Assembly (NCBI GenBank): GCA_964353135.1
Contig: CAYGTV010000001.1
Coordinates: 309,497-373,496 of the forward strand
Reading direction: 5' to 3'
DNA from: an uncultured Candidatus Saccharibacteria bacterium
GTDB taxonomy: Bacteria; Patescibacteriota; Minisyncoccia; Phycocordibacterales; UBA918
Length of the DNA stretch: 64,000 nt
The position numbers and the translations under genes are program-made. The notes beneath the pieces are model-generated. The model saw nothing but the letters and a program-made list of their open reading frames with translations, was not told the origin of the DNA and did not search any database. Every line of letters starts with the position of its first letter. Positions within the stretch are counted from its first letter, which is position 1. Of this stretch, positions 52,601 through 58,915 are shown piece by piece.

Positions 52601-55600
52601 AAAACGCTGCGGTAGTACTACCGACCTGACCAACTTCATACCACTCAGGTGCAAGAGAACACTGCCCAGCCAAAGCACTGGTGTACTCTAACGTGAACGC
52701 GTCTGTCCCCGCAGTTGAGGTAGCATTTAGCAATCTAGCATTCATGCGCAGTCGTAGAACATCACCCTCGGTAACAGCGGCGGCTCCAGTAATGGGCTGC
52801 CCTTCTACAGTTGACTCACTATCACCAACAGACCACGTTGAGGTTGGGGTAAGACTAAGGGCATTTTGATACCACCAGTATGATAACTGCTCATACTCAA
52901 GACCATTGGCTTCTTCCTGTTCTCCAAAAACAGCCGTGACTGCACCACTACCAAATTTACGAGCCTGGACTGCAGTTTGAATATTCTTCTCATCTTGATC
53001 ATCAGCAACATCTTCAAAAATTGCGTAAAATGGTACACCATTGGTGGACACCACCATTGTCCCAGGATCAAAGTTTACAGTATCACCATCACCTGTCCCA
53101 TTTGTAAAGTAAGCCTTACCCGGAGTTAACGCTCCCGGAGTACATGTGCCCGACTCGATCGTTATTCCTAGCGGACTGACCATCTCTAAATCAACTGAAC
53201 CATTATCAGGAGAGCAAACTACTGCTACATAAGCGGCCGAACGAGTGACCGCATAGCGAGTACCAAACTCTTTTTTTGGCCAATAAACCGTCGATTCATT
53301 TCCGTCAGCATCAGCCTGCTGGATAGCTGCAATTGGACCAGTTGCGGCACTCAAACGTACTGCACTACCTGCACCTTCTGCTACCGCAGTACATGAGGTA
53401 TCAACCTCATGATCTCCTCTGGTAATACCAGTGATAGACGCTCCAGATCCAGCCGAACAGGTCATGGTGAGATTTGTACTAGGATCAACCCCACTCATGA
53501 TCATATTGTTCGAAACAATTCCATAAAGTGGGTCTGTAGTTGGAGGGTACGCAACTAAACCGTCTCCTGGATTGGAGCTGCGATGCGAAACTAAGATTGG
53601 AGACGTTGCTTCTACCACTATTCCGTCACCATCAACAATACTAGTGTCTGATCCCCCAGGATTTGTTGTGGAAGTTTCTGAACCATTTTCCAAAATATTA
53701 AATGTTTGATCAGCGACTCCTGAAGCACCAATATATGTACGCACAGTTGTACTCGCAAACGGTGCATACAAATAGGTAATATTATTGGACCGTCTAGTTG
53801 GAAGGGTAAAAGTAGTTGTCGCAAAACTAATCGGTGCCAACATATCGCTACTGTCTGTACCTGCTCCATTAACCGTTGCGGATACTGGTCCGAGGATAGA
53901 CAGTACGCTAGTACCAATCGGACTTGGGCTTGTGATGGTAGTAGTCTCTCCTTGATTAAGATCGATCACTGAACCACCAGACAGCTGCACTTGATTATTA
54001 TCAACGAGACTGGTGACTGAAATAGAATCAGCACCATGATCATCAACTACATAATAGATCTCTGTCAGTTCACTGTAACTAAAGGTCGCTAGTTCGTCAC
54101 TGGTTGATTCAGCCGAACTATTGCCGTAGTACATGTAGATAGTTGTGGTACCAGACGCTGGCAGATCTTTAATCTGCACCCACACCTCTGCCTCTTCTGC
54201 GCCCGAGTCCCAACTAGTAAACCAGTGATCGAGCTCGACTGAATCAATTGGAGCCAATGACTCAACCGTAGAGGTCGCAAAAAACGTAGCTACGTTCGCC
54301 ATGTTTTCATACTCAGTTTCAGCCCACGCCGCTGATCGAACAACGCTGGCAATACGCAACTCATCCAACAACCCTTCAAAGTTCTCACCAGTACTAAAGT
54401 TTCCACCGACAGTATCTTGATCTTGTCCAACCACTAAACCACCAGATGAAATATCGAGCGCGGTGATAGCTTGCGGGTCTGGGTTTTCATTATCTCCGAC
54501 ACCGTTTATATAAATGTTCATCTCATCAATATCATCTTGGGATGTGGTGATGTAATGCTGCCACGTATTGTTAGCATAATTAACAACTGAATCTGACAGG
54601 TTAAATTCTTCAGCGCTACCTTGTGAGTACAAGTACATTCGAATGTTGTTGTCGAAACGAACCCAGAATTCATTAGCCTGAGAAGCATTTGCACCGCTTA
54701 AAATTGTCATGTCATCAGTTGTAGATGCGATGTGCCACCAAGACACACTGTTGTCAGTGAGTCCATCCATCACTTCCGACGGCAAACTAATATAGTCGAT
54801 TGAGTTTAAACCAAACTCCTGCCCAGCTCCAAACAAACCAGTTTTGCCAGTAGCACTAATCTCATCGTTTCCGTGATACCGATTACTAGTTGAGTCGATG
54901 TACGCATTGAGATTACCAGTACCGGCCAGATTCTCCTCTAAGTGATATACCGCCTGGAAGCCATTGGTCCAAACATTTTCGGAGCCAAAGGTATCGTCAC
55001 GATCGTATGCAATTGCATCTTGGTTATCAAAATAAATATAAAACTCATTATCTTCACCGTCAGTTAGATCAGTTTTGAAATACAGCTCACCGGTTTGAGC
55101 TCCCGTATTAATATTTACTAGTTCGTGCGGAACTTCTGTAAAACCATTCCCAAGCGTCACCCGAATATCACGTCCGTCAGTTGCTACACGATTAAAGAAG
55201 TCAGCACCAAGGAGTGACAAATCAAGGTATACCGGGAAATCTGCAATTGAAGCCGTGATATCTGCGTCAGCGATCGTAAACAGTTGTCTGCCATCCCAAC
55301 TAGTACTGTACCAGCGTAAATCATCACCAAGGATGGTGGTAGAAATCAAAGCTGTCGAAGTTGCGTAAAATGTATTAGGGGTGTTTTGGTTATCAAATTC
55401 AGTTGCAATCCACGAACTACTGCGAACCACGTTAGAGAAGCGGATCTCATCAATTAACCCATCATAGTGCTGGTTAGCTGCTCCAGAGTTCAGACAGCTG
55501 GTATCTTGTTCAAGCCCTGCCAACGTACAGTTGGCTGGTACAGATAGAGCACTCATGGTTTCTGGTAATGGGTTTTGATTATCAGCCACACCGTCAATAT

Positions 55601-58600
55601 ATAGTCGCCACCCATCAGTGACAGCATCTCGAATTACTGTCATGTGCTTCCAGCCAGCACCTACTACTGCACTATCCAAGGCAAATGTATCGCTTGTACC
55701 TCCGTTAAATAGCGTCAGGTTGTTGTTCTGTAAAAATACAATCAATTCATTATTGGCGCCGGCGTTCAAAATCGCCTGATCTCCAGTCTGTGACGTATTG
55801 ATCCAGAATGACATCGACAACTCATCATGAGCATTGACCACTGCACTCGGGAATAAAATATAATCGTCAAGGGTGGCTTCGCGTGCTCGAATTTCTTGCC
55901 CACTACCCACCTTACCAGTTTTACCTGTTGAGTTAATTTCGTCATCTGCATCGTAATTATTACTAGTGGAGTCAACATATAGTCCAGCATTACCTAGACC
56001 AGCCGCATCCTCTTCTAAGTGGTAAGTAGCCACAAAGTTGTTGGTCCACACATTTTGTGCACCATAGGTATCAGTGTCAACATACGCCGTTGCAGCTGCA
56101 TTATTATAATAAATATGGAACGTATTATCAGATGACGCACTCAACGAAGGTGCCAAGAAGTGCAATTCCCCAGTATCACTACCGGTATCGATAGATACTA
56201 AATCAAATGGTGTTTCGGTAGCCCCATCAGCTAGAGTAACGCGGATATCTCGCCCATCTGACTGTACGCCAGCCCAGAAATCAGGCCCCAGGTCAGCGAG
56301 ATCAACAAAGACCGGGAAGTCAGTCAGGGTTGAATCAACGCTACTGGCTGGGATCGTCACAGCTACTCGGCCAAGCCAGCTTGGGTCATAGTTGTTATCA
56401 ACATCAGCTATAGAGTTGCCTTCAGCAAAGAGGTTTCCAGCATTTATCTCCTGGATAAACCGCACGTCTCCCCCGTCTGCCTTAACATTAGCCCAGAAAT
56501 CTGTCATTGTACTGTCAAGCTGAAGCTGTACTTGGAACTCGGTTTGATCAGCGCCGGTCGGGTTAGTGATTTCAATTGGCATTTTATACTGCCACTGTGA
56601 TGACCAAAATGGATCAAGTAGTCCGTACTCATTATCTCCAATTGCTTCAATCCAATACTCTCCAGTTGAAAAGGCTGGGAAGCTGATATCCATTTTGAAA
56701 TACACTGTTTCACCCGGATCAATAGTAAACTCTTGATCAGCGTGCACTCGGCCTTCAAAATTATCAGGAATCTCTTTGCGATCCGGTCCAAAACCAAGAA
56801 GGGCTGCCGCTCGCCTAAAGATACTGCCACGACTAATCGTACCATCATTGATTTCAACCGGATCCCAACCTCGAGCATAGCGAGTCACCTCGTGATCTTT
56901 GACTTTCTGAGTGACAACACAGGCTGTACCATCACCTTCGATTGATTCACAAGCACGGACCACACTTGTCTGACTACAGCTAAATGTTTCTGTCGCTACT
57001 TCAACCTGCTCCTCGGCTGTAGTTGTGGCAAGCCCTGTAGTCGTCGAAGCAGCCGTAGTGCTACTAGATGCCAGGTCGGCTGAAAGTGTCTCAATTGTGT
57101 CAGCTGTAGGAGCTGTAACCTCACTTGGACTCCACCCAGCTTCACAGTGGTACACGTATGGTCGGTACTCTGGAATGACAGCTTGGCGAGGCTTGTTAAG
57201 ATTAAACACTTCAAGGTTAGTTACCTCTCCTAAATCATTAGGGAAATAGGTTTGTACCGAGAAATCATCTTGCTGGCCACTAGTGTTTGTGACACTAAAA
57301 TAGGTAGTTGCCTCAGATAGACCTTCGTATGTTTTTTGATCAGACTTTATGATCAGTGTCTCGTCTGTGTTGTTATCAGTAAAGGTGAATTCAATCTCAG
57401 TACCGTCTCCAAGAACCAAAATATCACCAGACAAGTTTGACGCTTCGAATCCGTCGTCTGCCAGCAACTCTTCAAATAGTGGATCAACTGGATCAACTGG
57501 TGGTTCAAGCACAAACAGCTCTAACCAGACACTTTCAACAAACAGGTCGGCCAACAAGTCAGGATCAGCATCGTACCGAAGTTCTACTTGCAAATTGCCT
57601 AATGTAGCAGGATCAGTAATAGTTGGTAGTGCAAACAAGAAATACCCACCATTGATACTGTTTGAAACCTCGTCTTCAATTACAATCGATCCACCAGTAC
57701 TCCATGACTCTCCTCCATCAAACGAGTAATTCATTGTGAATGACGGGATCAGTTCACGAGTTTCGCGCTGCTTGGCTGCAAATGACATCCGTAGCTGGGC
57801 TCCTGAAAGTTCCGAACCTTCTTCGATCGGGTAACCAAAATTTCCAACCCGCAGAACATACCCTTCGCAATCGGTATCGCAGTTTACTGCCGCTGCCTCC
57901 ACCACTTCCACTTCGGTTGATGTGGCTGCGTTGTCACTCATTCCTGTTTCTGCCGTAGTGGTCGAGGGAGAGCTGGTCGCTGTTGATTCTGGTTCAGCAA
58001 CCACCTCAGGTACAACTTCAAGTGAATCCTGTGTCGTACTGGTCATATCAAGTACCTGCTCTGGTGTATTTGTTGCGACTTCACTATCAGCCGTAAATCC
58101 AAACACAACTTCTGCTTCTGACTGTACATCATCAACTGGTGGAAGATCATTCGCCTCCGAGACATCTTCTTCTGGCTCAGCATTTGATGTTGCAGATGTA
58201 CTTGAGAACGTCTGCGTAAGAGTATCAATTGCAAGCCTGAAAAGACCTCGCACTTCTTTTAGTACGGTGGTGGTTGCAGATTCTTGTGACTCATCGGCGC
58301 CCACTTCCTCTTCGCCTACCACTTCAGGTTCAGCGGTTTCAGCCGACTGCACAGGAGCTTCAGTTGAAGTTACCTCTTCTGATGACTGCCCAGTAGTAGT
58401 TGTTGCTACTGCTTCTGGCGCAAGAGTCTCGACTGTTGATGAAGGAGTCGAAGAAGCTGGCTGTGAATTATCTGGAGTCACTTGTCTATCGACGCCAAAC
58501 TCACTTTCAACGTCAGAAGATTCATCTGGGGTTTGATTGTTTGTATCTCCAGCGATGGTTCGCAGTTTGCCAAGTGTGGCAGAGTTGATTGCATTAAAAT

Positions 58601-58832
58601 CTTGTAACAGCGCGTACTCGTCCAAGTTTTGAAAGTTTAGAGTTTCAACGTTCTCCCAGCCATTTGAACTGATTTCGCTTGGGAAAATATGAACAGTTCG
58701 AACCACATACGCGTCGTTTGAAAGTTGTGCATACGACGAAATACCCACCCCAAAGATAAGGGCGCTAACAACAGCATAAAGCATTGTTTTTTTGCGCTGT
58801 TTTAGTAGCTGTAACATTCGTAATATCCACAA
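34656..58832 (-). CDS. Giant surface protein (8058 aa): DUF2341 plus LamG/concanavalin-like modules, FN3/Ig, beta-helical regions and a C-terminal pilin-like domain
   Basis: 24.2-kb uninterrupted ORF with an N-terminal signal/TM. Repeated W..R...DFPV.VDL..LG..FW..V.SDG.DIRVT...GELHF and W.H...DELRF...W...EY.N motifs; YWWRVRA FN3-like modules. The start may be ATG 58817. Confidence 0.9.
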   Translation of the reverse strand: MWILRMLQLLKQRKKTMLYAVVSALIFGVGISSYAQLSNDAYVVRTVHIFPSEISSNGWENVETLNFQNLDEYALLQDFNAINSATLGKLRTIAGDTNNQTPDESSDVESEFGVDRQVTPDNSQPASSTPSSTVETLAPEAVATTTTGQSSEEVTSTEAPVQSAETAEPEVVGEEEVGADESQESATTTVLKEVRGLFRLAIDTLTQTFSSTSATSNAEPEEDVSEANDLPPVDDVQSEAEVVFGFTADSEVATNTPEQVLDMTSTTQDSLEVVPEVVAEPESTATSSPSTTTAETGMSDNAATSTEVEVVEAAAVNCDTDCEGYVLRVGNFGYPIEEGSELSGAQLRMSFAAKQRETRELIPSFTMNYSFDGGESWSTGGSIVIEDEVSNSINGGYFLFALPTITDPATLGNLQVELRYDADPDLLADLFVESVWLELFVLEPPVDPVDPLFEELLADDGFEASNLSGDILVLGDGTEIEFTFTDNNTDETLIIKSDQKTYEGLSEATTYFSVTNTSGQQDDFSVQTYFPNDLGEVTNLEVFNLNKPRQAVIPEYRPYVYHCEAGWSPSEVTAPTADTIETLSADLASSSTTAASTTTGLATTTAEEQVEVATETFSCSQTSVVRACESIEGDGTACVVTQKVKDHEVTRYARGWDPVEINDGTISRGSIFRRAAALLGFGPDRKEIPDNFEGRVHADQEFTIDPGETVYFKMDISFPAFSTGEYWIEAIGDNEYGLLDPFWSSQWQYKMPIEITNPTGADQTEFQVQLQLDSTMTDFWANVKADGGDVRFIQEINAGNLFAEGNSIADVDNNYDPSWLGRVAVTIPASSVDSTLTDFPVFVDLADLGPDFWAGVQSDGRDIRVTLADGATETPFDLVSIDTGSDTGELHFLAPSLSASSDNTFHIYYNNAAATAYVDTDTYGAQNVWTNNFVATYHLEEDAAGLGNAGLYVDSTSNNYDADDEINSTGKTGKVGSGQEIRAREATLDDYILFPSAVVNAHDELSMSFWINTSQTGDQAILNAGANNELIVFLQNNNLTLFNGGTSDTFALDSAVVGAGWKHMTVIRDAVTDGWRLYIDGVADNQNPLPETMSALSVPANCTLAGLEQDTSCLNSGAANQHYDGLIDEIRFSNVVRSSSWIATEFDNQNTPNTFYATSTALISTTILGDDLRWYSTSWDGRQLFTIADADITASIADFPVYLDLSLLGADFFNRVATDGRDIRVTLGNGFTEVPHELVNINTGAQTGELYFKTDLTDGEDNEFYIYFDNQDAIAYDRDDTFGSENVWTNGFQAVYHLEENLAGTGNLNAYIDSTSNRYHGNDEISATGKTGLFGAGQEFGLNSIDYISLPSEVMDGLTDNSVSWWHIASTTDDMTILSGANASQANEFWVRFDNNIRMYLYSQGSAEEFNLSDSVVNYANNTWQHYITTSQDDIDEMNIYINGVGDNENPDPQAITALDISSGGLVVGQDQDTVGGNFSTGENFEGLLDELRIASVVRSAAWAETEYENMANVATFFATSTVESLAPIDSVELDHWFTSWDSGAEEAEVWVQIKDLPASGTTTIYMYYGNSSAESTSDELATFSYSELTEIYYVVDDHGADSISVTSLVDNNQVQLSGGSVIDLNQGETTTITSPSPIGTSVLSILGPVSATVNGAGTDSSDMLAPISFATTTFTLPTRRSNNITYLYAPFASTTVRTYIGASGVADQTFNILENGSETSTTNPGGSDTSIVDGDGIVVEATSPILVSHRSSNPGDGLVAYPPTTDPLYGIVSNNMIMSGVDPSTNLTMTCSAGSGASITGITRGDHEVDTSCTAVAEGAGSAVRLSAATGPIAAIQQADADGNESTVYWPKKEFGTRYAVTRSAAYVAVVCSPDNGSVDLEMVSPLGITIESGTCTPGALTPGKAYFTNGTGDGDTVNFDPGTMVVSTNGVPFYAIFEDVADDQDEKNIQTAVQARKFGSGAVTAVFGEQEEANGLEYEQLSYWWYQNALSLTPTSTWSVGDSESTVEGQPITGAAAVTEGDVLRLRMNARLLNATSTAGTDAFTLEYTSALAGQCSLAPEWYEVGQVGSTTAAFSGFNNTTVADGSQIPTSLLASTTVLATYEERNFSDFVPVDIGTGQVAEWDWVITASNIEVNTNYCFRMVRVEEGDFTNYTVYPELETVGPPNTPLPISFFDNENTPAIIPTLTFVASDIAGDDVNYEIQIDNDADFSSVELQRDSETNFLLFEEADGGADKSPFVSGEVIRFTAATPLPATTTYWWRVRASDPEGSATSSDWSTPYSFTIDTNVTVSEWLQTTGDQFATNGLSNITVAAGQANLSGGTGIITSTPIDFDDATVGNAWGEVSWNETETSGSLSVQIEYNNNGTWTLVPATLIPGNDIGIASSPVSILGLDTSIYNEIRLVATLTGTTVSLQDWKVTWGQRVETPDLGDPFDNQKTANTLPVFDFVSSDPQGDDLEYEISFSTSFNFTAATSTFNSGVDAGFANTANGADTSPFVSGDRLTYTTQAGSPFADGTTYWWRVRAKDPAGGDAWSPWSVPDSFTVDTGVTLSTWFQTTRDQFNQGFLDGTTAVSGGSVVVSEDIGEYGRVTATNNEWQTVVTSLDYTDMVVVASPEFNFNTTDNSRTARIRNKTENSFEIKVDNYLNSFTGSTEVDYIVMEAGDWVINNGAGGFRVVAATQESVTDKQVNAYSDVVGTVVPISPAFSAPPTVLATVASDNDSDWVASHVDGGGSFQSEVTTSQLRLSLAISKFTGSTHIGAEDIDYMLFEVATGVVDGTRFQARNSADAITHIESATALTGFTTAPAVTVVHNNGDDGAEGGFAQKDLGTASTNVNLFTSISEMGPTADNHAANIISIVAFEDASGLIKRDITTGGLVSTIAGEDIIFSDGAGPKFENFSWVDTTPGASEITYQMQYRVSEGEYALIPDVALPGNSTGFTSSPIDLTTIDIDVYDQIRPFATLECASGNCPQINEWQVEWSEGVNMSGRIFQPNRQTPLSGASLYDPAWLGSLELVIPAANVDETLTDYPIYVDLADLGPDFWSGVQSDGRDIRVTLGDGSTETPFDLVSINTATDTGELHFLAPTLSSVTDNTFYIYYNNATATAYAAASTYGSENVWVNGYDLRYALDDDPTSSGLQLDSTDNGNDAVSYTGMTAGDVVTGQIGQAINHDGNDGGIFGSALTYSGEFSASMWWRSTGDGFAISKNAGADEKFGPWSSPAGRNFARVIAGGASDTSVNSPTDGTWSHVVLTRDSANKVDVYIDGTRTRMFSDAAQVGNSTWENFGGQTSQGFQGDLDELRFANVKRSDGWITTEYANQLDPTTFYATSSAASLIVGQIRAAVNAVPLASVGTIAIDGTWNLTNVTAFAGDTITVWIDDAADDKEAVTVFRYDGLGDITGVKLHEQHVAIDANEIGTLSNLQFGLYDNSVSGDEDIFFDVDGSNNLTICAVGTCDNSNLYVGPGQTYIPATSTTVTINTHDFVNDGTIELDANTFNLTGSWTNNATSSADTSTVNLIASTGAETISSTESPLRFHNLGFGGFGTATFTPSVGLDLSGSLTVATGTLDRTGFDISIAGSLVTEFGGVWFGTGTTTFDGAGARSWTDRSAGLQNIGNVVIDGPSTVLSVTTDVSAYDIRIGANDTLVGGTGNTINVGGDWLNQGNFSAQTSTVRLVADDRVYPPIIPGSSDWYGDNAFDKRVAVVVDSAEVNAPLTNFPMFVDLSTLGAAFWSDVKSDGGDIRVTASDGQTELPIDLVAIDTTAQTGELHFLADSVSDIADTTFYIYFDNPAANRYANAATYGRDNVWVDYKAVYHFADDPTAVSNTIVDATGNGFNLTVLIEGLATSTGQLGTAFDFNGSTGYLSDPDFFWTAGDPLTTSGWYFMSAASNEAYWEWGDNAQPDNIEFRPWYQTTNGLHYFGQTGGATYSINPRDTTRWYHFTTLGATSTSADNLVYQNAIEVERVAQSVANPQNTLTGLKVGREGTGGSINAILDEFRVTTETRSQAWIEAEYLNQFRPNLFYSTTSPQTYQPDVLLDEATHNITAGGASFYNFTMDDSVTTAAFLSTSVSVNNDFTVATGTIALPTGTLTIGGSFTNTGVFMHNNGEVRFSSTGPESITLSGTEFLNAFNNVTFNGVGTYTFTEVNATTSNNMIINAGSVVFPSDGLTIGGRLDVNGGGFNANGGTVTFTSSESELISTNGSTFNNVIFGDLSAGSGWYNTDWNNRIEVTIDAGMVDADLTNYPVYVNLAHLGSTFWSGVGNSGNDIRVTTADGVTEVPVEVVDVSTGDDSGEIHFLAPAVSSFADTTFYVYYNNPDAVAYDVTDPYGRNAVWREYEAVYHFVRDPAVGFVDVTGNGKDLAPLVGLADQATGLMGTALDTTTGNVMVGDADWTWTAGEDLVSSGLYFMSTVDDVALWQFGTTCTGDNCLAFLPWYDSVDRGYNRFGETSGNDYRFTRDSLNWHHFTTLGRATDGAQVEIYEDGVIRDFYAQTATGQNPSQTGLQIGRYNTGNYGQILIDELRFATTTRSNEWITTEFENFTNAVNFYSTSSESYLDVASSFTLDESVTTVLGDLTVNFANLVAPTSNLLIGGSALNTGGTFDPNSATTTFNSTDTGETVEFGKGAFYNLSFNGVGGGWSIATTTVTNNASLVTGADFTLQSGNTMTVGGQFTNTFASAATTWAGSTLVLTGGDYTITGRLDEGDDYARMIVSNDSDLVLWNSTVSTSTVRDTSSLYMPDYADIDGTLQIYGQYERTTGTEHWSYATDFDGTDLTGVERAVTVQMGRGAELSFGTSTTLNVVGVSGNETTVSSLSGIYTLGVTAGTVAIDYASFSNIGPAGLELRSGTTIDTLANSAFAVAGGRTGITADAATINLQPSAEYTNMVFSTSSANSIYEPAWADQVVVTVLASEINETLEQFPLYVDLSTLGAGFWAGVQSDGRDIRVTTSNGVELPFDLVEINTANQTGELHLLAPTLSSVENTAFYIHFANPAAVAYAPTDEFGAQAVWVNYEAVYHFNEDPTVRITDVSGNQRDLFPTVGTPATTSGQLGTALDTTATNVMLANSGWTWEAGDDLVSSGLYFQSAFDTGALWQFGPGCVNDNCLAFMPWYDNATRGYHRFGESSGNDYNFTRNPAIWHHFTTLGRAIDGETVEIYEDNQLRDSYTQTPTGENPSQTGLQIGRYGGGTYMDIDVDELRFTTVIPSTNWIDTEYKNLTDPTSLYATTSAETVTYNVTADGVPSTFWLFSAGSGNLYGEAFDNDDGDPGSVQWDDSNFAVTISGVVYQDDGVTPMGAPVCNDSTEVVTVVLDGVTSYTAACSAADGSYEVTGIAYTGEPQITTYIESSALTPQTNVGIYAETTGIGSVASNLLTVNRPALIDDTTLVLIVGKDDDTAFGAVPAGWTAVDILGNATGDQIGTGIWYRRVATAAGEPATYDFPLNDNGENFSYWMGALTNVDPVTPIDVASVWTKYQNEQAPNAPQLTTVTNGSLVLSAWYVDNDDTTVVPSYNWDVRADNIVSAANNNLSVASRLMKTAGPTGSSTMTGVISSRDPHAGQFAFRPASSPTATSSIVAAAVTKTPLGNNGSPFEQVSLRDYRVETGNVLNAADVNVERPAVENGDVLVMMLAKEDDFNFTPPSGWIAAAEQLQVIGNQMYTSLWYKVVTNAGAEPTTYPFTSNDTNSEEYSYWIGSFDGVDATNVFDVAPVWSNLQNTSTPAAPSVTTLTPGAYVLAGWYVIDDGAMDMPAAPWKTLGQDIVTNNRLLAVSGRSMVTAGATGAATLTGGSTDDVNVGQFALRPAAVSVANAINDMDLYQDRVVVRHSNIDPLTIFDMSIFDSTTESDLPFTATLGAPDTLTVADGSGLVVWNNRTFAPGGVIDLLGSGTTAADGSILQKAGSVLQANGSDPITVGGSLYLETGATFSGATSPITFTANNPGQQIGSAASSTITFNSLTFTGTNGGWAVQTPIISQTGITVATGTVSGVANITVNSGSFGGDGTVNLTGGLTRILSTNTLGGVRPWTFNSLTLGNGVAAGITTPAGTATTSVRSVLTIAAGHFLDANNSVFDLQGNGNVLVETGSFLEDISTIRYSGATPNVRQTPYYNLVIDTDRGGVVNATAPITGLQVLNNLRVGVLGTSTLNATINDPAVSVGANVSIGTLGTLIASDIRTMTVNGSWNNDGVFTANNGTTTFARTSGSATIAAGNSPFGKLNITGAANYSIVESATTTGRTSLGASVTGFTLNPGLTLSVAGNFSNLMPDAATTWTGSTLKLTSGTAFTINTKATGDTYDTIVTEAGTHPRLWNSTTTVVTTAPNSSLYSMDHQRVDGNLLIYGDFISAAGADHWSYATDFDGATLGVPRIADVRIEDGGSVLYTGGSLTVLGTSTASTTIMAQGAGPYSMTIGGTATVDMQYYTVRDIVSDGLVLTGTPNVVDLSRGDFEVAFAGGSAMTVGGSVIGANPAKNFTNNRFATTTTINAFNVTATGTSISSWRFVNVDGNLDGEAKDVDPGGDPGYLVWTDSAAIIDISGTVYQNDRSAISTICDGVTNNLRLSIQGLTFASTSCAVGTGDYTFTDIGFGPSDTLTVYIDGEAIQAATVSKDPISLIGDMDLYENHVIVRHESAGAQTIAAMSVYDSSDDADIPFTAVDAGTDTLTLPADFTLLVWANKNFQPGGDVTISGGGSGSSYDGSLELLTGADYIAANGETHSVGGDIVTAAGSLLAPAQSAFDFTAAGAGRTLDFNEAVLFDVTFSGSGDWTITDPTFTAGNDVVISNGDLTLPTGTSTVAGSFENTGGSFDANGGVLYFTATDLGNVVRFGGSTADTVLFSGVGAWSFADVVATTTQSFTVATGTVTLPSGTLIVGEDFVVTDTITHNGGTVQVVGTTGGNIITLSGNDLTNLTVTATGGDYTLTDPSAALLGNLTLSDGALTVGTGTVSIGGSFDVSGGVYNNGLGTLLFNSADGGEFIDPGANDLYNLVIAGAGGWTLIDNATTTNNFAITNAGTFTVNPGSRVYVGNVFTNTVGGAATTWTGTTLVLDGGNQYETNVKVTATESYDILTLGENTDVSSWNTSATTLNVPVTSSFYSQDHAGVDGDLYIYGDYRIGTTTEYWSAATDFDGAVIGSPRQANVYIASSSAVTLAGGSLQIVGTLTASTSVQNQGVGAYDLIATSGTLNANFYNITDLTANGLDISGTTNVTSLSNGYFTQAANNTNLITLVSGVINNNASVVVANTGFATGGFTGGVNVSLDATTTNSWSFTGSLGNLWGEAFDVDGVDDCSSIRWDDSECLLTEQTNYRWRNDDGGEGALDSEWFDTDWSARQRVRVVNDDPATYTNTAVKIPVAYDADMQSDFEDLRFTAADGVTLVDHWIEAFNSGTDAVVWIKAPTLPADSVSEFYMYFGNVSATSTSNGANVFDVIEDFEDNDIAEYTGGTGDIARFETESALDNGAPAYGGGFALRAVNTGDRTTDGIARSDVTVSQGQTIRFMQYIDTVSGTGDEVCTIFASNGSVASNQNYAICTDQIGTDRISIVRNVANTEFSGTILGTSPANFTSGSFGSGWYEFYVDWETDDTIDVAVYFESTGQLVATTTATDSTYTSGGIGFAYWFQNGGWDSYVAYPRTETRPRVYVGDKQVDGGATWANPQNTPTGGYLIGETARLRLAIENSGLPIENQRFQLEFAPKLTAPTCEAVNPANYIEVPNIASCGSSAICMATSPNVTNGDPTTDHLVTDAGDFAAGEIVTSPSNQTSLYDLDQNRYTELEYALQLTANASNDAYCFRVTDDGSTLDSYSNLPELTLAFDPIISAVTLNDGFDISLTPGATTTIIASSTVTDFNGFADLGSATTTFYKTSVGAACTPDDNNCYIATSSCSYVNCSGNSCSLICEAPFAYHADPTDEDGAQEWFAFMEVEDLSGANTFGSSVGVDVLTLRALDVQNAIAYGTVDINQNTGAFNPFVTLVNLGNESLDVQVAGTDMTDGITSVIPAAQQRYSTSTFDYAACIGCSTLAVTGADLEVDLQKPVASTPVVSDQIYWGIEVPFGTASSPHTGTNFFMAITD

Positions 58833-58862
58833 CTCAACAAGAGCTTGCGGCGTAGCTAAAGT

Positions 58863-58896
58863 ATAACGCGCGCCCCCTTGCGGAAGCGCGCGTTAT
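58863..58896 (-). promoter_or_regulatory. GC-rich hairpin with GCAA tetraloop just upstream of the giant gene
   Basis: Minus strand ataacgcgcgc-ttcc-gcaa-gggg-gcgcgcgttat; weak U tract; overlaps a TATACT. Confidence 0.55.
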
Positions 58897-58915
58897 CCTC
58901 TATTTTCTGTTGTTT

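Noticed and set aside
34656-58832. Alternative genetic code (TGA=Gly, as in Gracilibacteria/Absconditabacteria)
   Set aside because: A Gly-rich 8058-codon ORF has no in-frame TGA, and TGA ends the 18434 gene
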